From the NCBI GenBank assembly GCA_013265495.1, contig MU057403.1:349965-413964 (forward strand): a stretch of DNA of 64,000 bases, read 5' to 3'. The notes under the pieces were generated by a model. It had not been told where the DNA came from, made no database searches, and saw only the letters and a list, made by a program, of their open reading frames with translations. Every line of letters begins with the position of its first letter. The stretch's first letter is position 1. A program made the translations under genes and the position numbers. This DNA comes from Vicugna vicugna (Eukaryota). Positions 38,690-48,720 of this stretch are shown here, piece after piece.

Positions 38690-39960
38690 CTTCAGTTCTG
38701 TGCCACCAATCTACTACCACATGCAAAGGTGGACTCCAGATGGATTAAAGACCTAAACGAAAGTATGCAATGAAAGTGTGAAATTGATATGAAGTGAAAA
38801 ATATGCATTAAAATGCAATAGAAGATCATGTAGGAGAATATCTTCTTAACATGGGAATCAAAAGGACTCCTTACACCTTCACAAGCATATACCATAAAGC
38901 AAAACTAAGGATTTCCACTCAAGGAATCTCTTTCTCTCTCCTCTCAGGGTAGGGAGGGACCCCAGTCTCTCTTTATTTCCCCACCGGCCCTGAATTAGGG
39001 CACCATTCCTTTCTCTGTTCAGCCACCCTGCCCTGGGTTAAGAAGTGATCTCTTTTTCTCCACCCCCACCCCAGATAGAGAGAGATCTCTTTCTTTCACC
39101 CCAGGATTTCCATTCAATGAAAGACACCATGGTCAAATTTAGACGTGGTAGATATGGTGAAATTATTTAACAGTCCTTAAAACTGACACGGGGTGAAAAC
39201 CTAGACTATAGAAGGAAGTGGGGATGTCTGCAGATTAACCAGAAGAAGGTAGGAACCGCAACATGAAAAATGGGTCAAGAATATGAACAGCCAATTTACA
39301 GAAAGGCAAACTCCAAAGGTTAGGTAGCACCATTTAGTTCCCTAATGCCTTCTTCATCAGAAATGCAAATTAAAATGATAGTGAAATATCACTTCCCACA
39401 CACCAGCTTGGTAGAATGATAGGGCTATGGAGTTCTAGGTGCCCTCATGCCTGGCTGATGGGAGTATAGATTGGTGTGGCCGTCTTGGAGAGTATTCTGG
39501 CGGGAAATGATCAAATTAAATATGTATATAACCTAAGATTCAGAAACTCTCTTCCTTGGCATTTCTCAAAGGGATTCAAGCACAGGCCCACAGTGGAACC
39601 TGTACAAAGAAGTTCATCATAGCATCATTGGTGGGGGTTGGAGGTAATCTCGGTGTCTATTTCTGGGGTAGAGCACAGGTGTAATGTTCTGTATGGGAAG
39701 TTGCATGGTACAGGGCAGAAGGCAGAAGCAATGCACTGAAAAGACAGACAGCAATGTGGATGTCTTTAAGACATAGTGCTGAGTAACTAAATTGTGAAAG
39801 AATGATATCTGTAGCCCAATACCATTTATGTAAGACTTTATGAAATACACACAAAACCAAAATATCACTTTATAAGAATAAGCACAGACAAGAGAACATT
39901 CATCAGAGTTACTAGAAAGGTTTCAGGGGAGGGATGTTGGAGGAATAAGAGTGGGAATGA
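38690..39960 (+). mobile_element. Old L1M relic (ORF2 end and 3' UTR)
   Basis: 'ctccagatggattaaagacctaaa', 'gaatatgaacagccaatttacagaa', 'catcagaaatgcaaattaaa'. Confidence 0.75.
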
Positions 39961-40837
39961 TAAACAAAAAGATCACTAGGCAAAAGGAGACAGGTGCCCA
40001 GCATAGACCGCTCCTGAAGTGTTTCTTTTGTTTCCTTCAAGAATACATTAGAATGGGCTGGTCCAGCAAGAGTCTTGCCCTTGAAAGAACACGGCATTGA
40101 ACATTTCAGAGAGCATGGTGGAAGATGCATTGATCTGAGCTGGGTTGAAGGATGAAGGGACCACCTGAAGGGGGATCTGCTACTGATAAGCATCCTAAAG
40201 GTAAGAACTGGACACCAAAGAGAGCACGATCTTCTTTCTGGTTCTGCTTGCTCTTCCATAAGGAAAGTGCATCATCTTTGGATAAAAAAAAAAATTCAAG
40301 GCAAGTACCAAACCATACAGGGGCATTTTTCTTTTAAGAAAAGTGCAGATCAATTATATGAGAAAAAGAAGCCAAATGTAGAGCACACGGTGGGGACGTT
40401 CAGTCTCACTCCATCGGGGAGTTTCTGGCTCCACAATTAATTGGCTGCACCTGGACTAATTTCCTCAGGTGTAATTTGTCTCCGTGAGTGGCCAGTCTTT
40501 AAGATCTTGCAGTGCATCAAGTACAGCAGAAAAAGTGAAGTTGAAGGGGGAAAAAAAAGTCATCCCAATTCTCATATCATCTGTGAAATAATGGTAAATG
40601 GCACAATACTAACACAGCGCTCTATCTGCTTCTCCAGATTCCACAGAAAAGCTTTGTGTTTATACTTCAAAAATATCCAAAACATTGGGAATTATAAAAG
40701 AGAAGACATGTTTGGGAAATGGTGAGTGGTCCCACCTGTTAGGTTATGAGGTGGGTCATAACCAGAAACACTGATAAAATGTGTACTAAGTCCTTGGTGC
40801 TGTTCTAAATGCTTAACATATATTAACTCATATAATC

Positions 40838-41527
40838 TTTTTAAAAATTATTGTGTCAGTTTCTGGTGTACAGCATAGTGTTTCAGTCATACACATACAT
40901 ATATATATTCATTTACATATTCTTTTTCATTATAGGTTACTACAAGATATTGAATATAGTTCCCCATGCTATACAGTAAAAATTTGTTGTTTGTCTATTT
41001 TATATATATCAGTCAGTATTTGTAAATCTTGAACTGCCAATTTATCCCTCCCACTCCCTTTCCCTGGTAACCGTAAGTTTGTTTTCTATATCTGTGAGAC
41101 TGTTTCTGTTTTATATTTAAGTTCATTTGTCTTTTTTTGTTTGTTTGTTTAGATTCAGCATATGAGTGATATACGGTATTTTTCTTTCTCTTTTTGGCTT
41201 ACTTCACTTAGAATGACAGTCTCCAGGGCCATCTATGTTGCTGCAAATGGCATTATTTTATCACTTTTATGGCTGAGTAGTATTCCGTTGTATATATACC
41301 ACAGCTTCTTTATCCAGTCATCTGTCAATGGACATTTAGGTTGTTTCCATGTCTTGGCTATTGTAAATGAGCTGCCATGAACATTGGGGTGCAGGTGTCT
41401 TTTTGAATTAAGGTTCCCTCTGGATATACGCCCAGGAGTGGGATTGCTGGATCATATGGTCAGTCTATTTTCAGTCTTTTGAGGAATCTCCGTATTGCTT
41501 TCCACAATGGCTGCACCAAACTGCATT
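40838..41527 (-). mobile_element. 5'-truncated L1 (young lineage subfamily)
   Basis: Clear L1 3' end; high similarity by eye to the copies at 42513-43178 and 62729-63493. Confidence 0.92.
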
Positions 41528-42512
41528 AAGGAAAACTATTTGAGATAGCATGTGGGATAGATCAGAAGTAGAAGTAGGTGAAGTCAAGGGACCCCTTATG
41601 ATGCTGTAACAAGGACGGCAGTGACTGTGTGATGGAATTGAAGAGGTGGGAAGGGAGAGGGAGAAGTTTAAGATGAATCTGGGAAATCAAATCCGAGTGG
41701 CCTGCCAGTGATTTGATAGTGTCCTGATAGGAAATGGGGAGGCCATGGAGGAGGCTTGGCCTGTTGGGAGGAGCAGATAAACTGGTGGAAAATCAAGGTA
41801 GAAATATCCAGTAGGCTTCCAGAAGTAGGAATTTTCTCTTAATGATAGGAAAGGTGAAATTATGGTCAAATTTAGGAGTTATTCAGTTAAGGAGCAATGG
41901 AGCTATTCCATGTATGTGGGTGTTTTCTGATATTCACAGTTGAGGAGAAAGGACTGAGAATTGAACTTTCGGGAAAAAGACATCTAATTTTTTCAACAGT
42001 TTTTGACCTTTCTTCCATCCCCCAAACCTGACACAAAACATGCTCGTGTCACTGAATAGAGCCTTTAATTGATTGTAATGTGACTCACTTTGGTTTTAGG
42101 ATAAGGTAGCAGACACAAGCCATTGTGAAGGCCACTCTTGGATGGTAATAATGAAGCCCTCTTGTTTCTATATAAAAATAATTGTTTTTCTGCCTTCTCA
42201 CACTCAGCCCTAAGGCACAGCTGGGAGTGGATTCAACGGTGCATCCATTTCTTATCACAGTGGCTCTTCATCAACAAATTTCTATCTCATACTTTCTGGC
42301 TCTCCTGTTCCCAAAAGAAAGCTGCTCATATTGGTGCCATCACTTCTAAAATAGATTCTGTTTTTCCCCAGTAAAAATGGCATTCTAGTCTAGCTTGTCA
42401 GTAGCCGCAGAAGAAAGTATCTTGCTCTGTGTGTTTGCCACTCAAGTGAATTCCACAGATCTGCCATTTCCATGTTCAAGAAGCCACAAACATTTTTTAA
42501 AAGCTTGAGAGA

Positions 42513-43178
42513 CAAAAGACTAAAAATAGACTTACCATATGATACAGCAATCCCGCTCCTGGGCATATATCCAGAGGGAACCCTAACTCAAAAATACACC
42601 TGCACCCCAATGTTCATAGCAGCACTACATACAATAGCTAAGACATGGAAACAGCCTAAATGTCCATCGATAGATGACTGGATAAAGAAGTTGTGGTATA
42701 TTTACATAATGGAATACTACTCAGCCACAAAAATGATAAAAATAATGCCATTTGCAGCAACATAGATGGCCCTGGAGGATGTCATACTAAGTGAAGTAAG
42801 CCAGAAAGAGAAAGAAAAATACTATATGATATCACTTATATGTGAAATCTTGAAAAAAAAGACAAATGAACTTATTATAAAACAGAAACAGACTTACAGA
42901 CATAGAACACAGACTTGTGGTTGCCAGAGGGGTGGAGGGTGGGAAGGGATAAACTGGAAGTTTGAGATTTTCAGACACTGACTGGTATATATAAAATAGA
43001 TAAACAAGTGTATACTGTATAGCACAGGGAAATATATTCAATATCTTGTAGTACCTTATGGTGAAAAAGAATATGAAAATGAATATATGTATATTCATGT
43101 ATGACTGAAGAATTGTGCTGTACACCAGAAACTGACACCACATTGTAAACTGACTATACCTCAATAATTAAAAAAAAA
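42513..43178 (+). mobile_element. 5'-truncated L1 with polyA and TSD
   Basis: ORF2 C-terminus 'LKIDLPYDTAIPLLGIYP...[31 protein letters not shown]'; polyA at ~43170; TSD aaaagcttgagaga (42499-42512) / aaaagctcaagaga (43175-43188). Confidence 0.95.
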
Positions 43179-44630
43179 GCTCAAGAGAGTATGAAATTTA
43201 TTTATACTTGGAAGACATCATAATAATGCAAATTTTGCACATGAACTCAATCTGTGTTTTATATATATCCTCTCATGTCAGTCATTCATTCTGCAAACAT
43301 TTGCTGTTACCTACTTAAGTCACAGTGTGGTTCTGAGTGCCCAGGACAGAGGGTGACCAAGGGAGGCACCATGTCTGCCCTCAGAGAGCTTGGCCTTACA
43401 AACAGAAAAATGCTGGGTTTTATATATTTCCTTAAATGAAAAGCACTACTAAAAAGGAAATTTTTAAATTTCATAAATATCTAGAAACACAAAAATCAAT
43501 TCAATAAGGTTAATTGGTCACTCTTGGAAAAAAACAGTGTGCGAGAGAACTCTCATTTACTATTGTGTGTGGTTCAAATTAATTCAGGTAATTCCAGTGT
43601 CTCTATTGAAGCATAAATTCTGACAGAGTGCCTTATTAAAAATCAGCTTATGAGAAAAAGGCATGAGGAAGGTTCCTTCCCTCAGCGGTGTGGTAGAGGA
43701 AACGTTGGAAGATAGTTACTGATCTGTTCTGCTTGAACTTGATGACTGACTATGAAAAGGTGTGTTCTTAAAATGACAACTCACCCTTAGTCTGTAATGT
43801 TAGATTTTGTGATCTCTTGTATTAAATTTTAATTCTCTAACCGTCTCTGCTTTTAAGTAAGTACCTAAACACTTTTCGGAGGCTCTGGTCTATTTCTAGA
43901 TCTCTACCCCTGGATGACTGACAAATTCTTATAAGTTAGACTTACTTAAAAAAGAAACAAACAAACAAAAAGAAAAACAACTCTGAGTAAAAGTATTTTG
44001 ATTTTTAAAAGTATTTTCACTGAAAATGTAAGTCCCAGTCCTAATGTTTTTGTACATATTTAAACTATTTTGGGGGAACAGATTTAAAATAATTCGGGCA
44101 AGATCAGTAATTCTAAGGTGGAATGTGATCGGTAACTGCTACAATATGCAGTTGTTTTCAGGAAGGAGCAGGGGAAAATGTCTCCTTCAACCCAGTGGCG
44201 TATGGGCTAATATTTGATGGGCACCCATGGCGTCAGTAGAGATGCCTGGGTCCACACTGCTAATAACTTGCTTTGGGACCAGGGAAAAATCATTTCACTT
44301 CCTTCTGCCTGGGCTCTCACAGCTAGACTAGAAAGGGTAATTAGGCTGTTATTTGGATAAGGCAGAAAAGAAAATTCTGGCTCTGCTGGCCTTACTCCAA
44401 TAATTCAAACAAAATACATGGTGTTGGCTCTGATGATCTGAATAACTCCTTCAAACTTTTATTTTATGTGCATGTGGGAAAATTAACTGAGCACACAAAG
44501 TGGTCAAAAAAAAAAACAAACTGTTGAAGAGAAACAAATAAAAGTGCCCACAGCAGAAAAACAGAGAAGTTAATTGGCTAAGAGAGGGTCAGATTTAGTA
44601 ACATGCCTCTCAGAGAAACCACAAAAAGAC

Positions 44631-47600
44631 CGGGAGAGAGATGATGTGGGATTGGGGAGATGATGCGGGCTTGGAGAGATGATGCCGGCTTGGGGAGATG
44701 ATGTGGGCTTGGGGAGATCTGGGCTTGGGGAAACAACGCGGGCTCTGGCAGATGTCACGGGCTTGTGGAGATGACACCAGCTTGGAGACTTGACCCAGGC
44801 TCGGGGACATGCTGTGGGCTTGGAAGATGATGCGGGCTTGGGGAGATGTGGGCTTGGAGAGATGATGTCAGCTCGGGGAGATGATGTGACTGTTGAGACA
44901 TGTGGCTTGGAGAGATGATGTGGGTTGTGGCAGATTACTCGGCTTGGGGTAATGACGTGGTCTGGTGGACATGTGGCGGGCTTGGTGAGATCACATGGAC
45001 ATTGGGAACTGACGAGGGCCTGGGAGATGTGGGCTTGGGGAGATGACGTGGCCCACATCATCTCCTAAAGCCCACATCATCTCCCCAAGCCCACATCATC
45101 TCCCAAGCCCATGCCATCTCCCCAAGCCCACATCTCTCCAAGGCCACGTTTTTTCCAAAAGCCCATATCATCTCCAAAGCATACGTCATCTCCCCAAGGC
45201 CATGTGATCTCCTTGAGCTGGTATCATCTCTCCAAAACGGCATCATGTCTCCAAGCCTACATCTCCCCAAGCCCGCATCATCTCCCCAAGCCCAGATCTA
45301 CCCAGGACTCTGTCAACATCCAAAGCCCCCATAATCTCACCAAGCCCGCAGAAAGTCCGCAAGACTGCGTCATCACCCCAAGCCTGAGTCATCTATGAAA
45401 GCCCGTATCATTACCCCAAGCCCATATCATTTCCCCAAGCACACATCATCCCCAAGAACCCCGTAAACTGCCAAAGTCCACGTTACCTCCCCAAGCCCAC
45501 GACATGTCCACGAGACCACGTCACCACCCCAAGCCTGAGTCATCTGCCACAACCCGAATCATCTCTCCAAGCCCGCAGTATCTCCCTAAGCCCACATCAT
45601 TTCTAAAAGCCCACATCATGTTTCCAAGCCTGTATCATCTTCCAAAGGAAGCATCATGTCCCTGAGCCTGCATCATTTCCACAAGCTTGTGTCATATCCA
45701 TGAGCCCGCATCATCTCCCCAAACTCGCGTCATTTCCTTGAGCCCACGTCATCTCCCTGAGATCATATCTCACCTAACACACATGATCTCTCCAAACCCA
45801 CATCATGTCCCCAAGCCCACATCTTCCATGCCCACATCATCTCCCCAAGACAGCATCATCTCCCCGGCCCACATCATCATCTCCCCAGGCCGTGCCATCT
45901 CCCTGAGCCAGCGTCATGTCCGCGAGACTGCGTCATCAGCCCAAGCCCGAGTCATCTCCCACAGCCCGCATCATCTAGCCAAGCCCACATTTCCCTGAGC
46001 CTACATCATTTCCCCAAGCCCAAAACTCCCCAGGCCCCTGTCAACTCCCAAGCCCCCCTATTTTCACCGAGCCTGCGGCATGTCCGCGAGACCGCGTCAT
46101 CACTCCAAGCCTGAGTCATCTGCCACAGCCCGCATCATCTCTCAAAGCCCACATTTCCCTGAGCCCACATCGTCTCCCCAAGCCCATGTCATTTCCACAA
46201 GCCCGAATCATCTCCCAAGCTCGGATCATCTCCTGAAGTCGCCTCATCTCCCAAAGCCCGTGTCATCTCCCCGAGCCCGCATCATTTCCCCAAGCCAGTG
46301 TAACACCCAGAGGCTGCATCATCTACGCAGGCCCGTTTCGTCTCCCGGAGCCCACATATCTCCCAGATCCTGCATAATTTCCCTGAGCCACAATCTCCCC
46401 GAGCCCACATCATCTCCACAAGCCCACATTATCTCCCGAGCACACATCACCTCTCCAAGCCCACATCGTTCCAAGCCCACATCTCCTCAGGCCCACGTCA
46501 TCTCTCAAAGCCTCAGGAAGAGGATGGGGGCTCGGAGACATGATGTGGGCTTGGGGACATGATGTGGGCTTGGGGAGATGTGGGCTTGTGCAGATGATGC
46601 AGGCTTTGAACATGATGCAGGCTGGGGGAGATGATGTGGGTTTTTGGAAATCATGTGGGCTTGGGGAGATACTGCGGGCTTGGGGAGATGTGGGCTTGGA
46701 GAGATGATGCCATTTTGGAGAGATGATTCCGGCTGGGGGAGATCACATGGCCTTGGGAAGATGACGTGGGCTTTGGAGATGATATGGGCTTTTGGAAATA
46801 GTGTGGCCTTGGGGAGATGTGGGCTCGGGGAGATGATGTGGGCTGTGAGAGGTGACTCGGGCTTGGGGTGGTGAAGCAGTCTCATGGACACGCTGTAGGC
46901 TCAGGGAGATGATGTGGGCTTTGGGAGGATGACAGGGTCTCGGGGAGATAACGTGGGCTTGGGAGATGATGCCAGCTTGGGGAGATGATGTGTGCTTGGG
47001 GAGAGGCTGTGGGCTTCAGGGGATGTGGGCTGCGGGAGATGATGTGGGCTTGGGGATTTGATGTGGGTTTGGGAAATGTGGGCTTGGGAGATATCGCCAG
47101 TTTGGGGAGATGACGCAGGCTTTGAGAGACGATGGGGGCTTGAGAGATGACACGGGCTCCAGGAGCCGACGCCGGCTTGGTTAGATGACACGGGTTGGAG
47201 GAGAAGACACTGGCTTGGGGAGATGTGGGCTCAGGGAGATGATTTGGGATCGCGGACATGACGCTGGCTCAGGGAGATGACCCGGCCTGGGGACATGATG
47301 TGGGCCGGGGTGATGATACTGTCTTGGGGAGACGATGTGGGCTTTGGAAGTTGTGGGCTGGGGACATGATGCGGGTTTGGGGAGATCATGTGGGTTAGGG
47401 GAGATATGATCTCGGGGAGATGACGTGGGCTCAAGGAAATGACGCGGGCTTGGAGAGATGACGCAGGCTCCGGGATATGACGCTGCCTCAGGAAGACAAT
47501 GCAGGCTCGGAGACATGATGTGGGCTTGGGAACATGATGTGGGCCTGGGGAGATGTGGGCTTGTGGAGATGATGCGGGCTTGGGTAGATTATGTGGGCTT

Positions 47601-48720
47601 GGGGAGATGTGGCTGGGGTGAGGTTGCAGGCTTGGGGAGATGATGTGGGCTTCGGAGATGATATGGGATTTCAGAAATAGTGTGGCCTTGGGGAGATGTG
47701 GGCTTCGGGAGATGACGTGGTCTTGAGAAGATGTGGTCTTGGAGCGATGTGGGCTTGGAGAGATGATGCAGGTTGTGGGAGATGACTCGGGCTTAGGGTG
47801 ATGTAGTGGTCTCGCAGACTTGCTGTGTGCTCAGGGAGATAACGCAGACTTTGGGAGATTCCAGGGCTCTTGGGAAGATAATGCCAGCTTGGAAGTTGAT
47901 GCGGGCTCAGGAAGATGATTTGGGATCACGGACATGATGCTGGCTCACGGAGATGACACGGGCTTGGGGACATGACACTGCCTTAGGGAGATGACATGGC
48001 CTGGGGAGATCATTTGTCCTCTGGGACATGATGTCACCTTGGGGACATGATGTGGGCTTGGGGAGATATTGTGGGCTTGGAGAGATGATGCGGGTTGTGG
48101 CAGATGACTCAGGCTTGAGGCAATGACACGGTCTTGTGGACATGCTGCGGGTTTGGTGAGATCACATGGGCTCTGGGAGTTGTCGGGGTCCTGGGAGATG
48201 TGGGCTTGGGGAGATGATGTGGGCTTTTTGAGATGTTGCAGGCTTGGGAGATGGTGTGGACTTTAGATGATGTAAAATTTTGGAGAATTCAATTGCTGGG
48301 GCAGCTGACGCGGGCACGCAGACATTTTCCAGGCTTGCAGACAAGATGTGGGCTCTGAGACATGATGTTGGCTCAGGGACATGACGTGGGCTCAGGAGAT
48401 GACTTGGCCTCTGGAAGTGGACGTTTGCTTGGGGAGATGTAGGCTTCTTAAGATATGCAGGATTTGGGAGGTAATGTGGGCTTGGTGAGATGTGGTCTTA
48501 GGGAGATGATGCGCCCTGCTGAGATGATGCAGGTTTAAGGAGATGATGTGTGCTTAGGGTGAAGTGGGCTTGGGGTGATTACGTGGGCTTCGGGAGATGG
48601 CCTAGGCTCAGTGAGGAGATGCAGGCTTGGGGAGATGATGTGGGCTTGGGGAGATGATGCGGGCTTGGGGAGATGATGTGGGCTTGGGAGAAGATGCAGG
48701 CTTGCAGAGATGACATGGGC
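44631..48720. repeat. G-rich minisatellite, 19-bp unit GGGCTTGGGGAGATGATGT plus a 16-bp variant GGGCTTGGGGAGATGT, with an inverted internal segment
   Basis: GGCTT recurs at 48624, 48643, 48662 and 48681 (19-bp period). The G-rich strand is + at 44631-45051 and 46512-48720, and the C-rich strand is + at 45052-46511. Confidence 0.95.

Noticed and set aside
44631..48720. Possible CRISPR-like array
   Set aside because: Mammalian context, contiguous degenerate tandem monomers with no unique spacers, and no cas genes.
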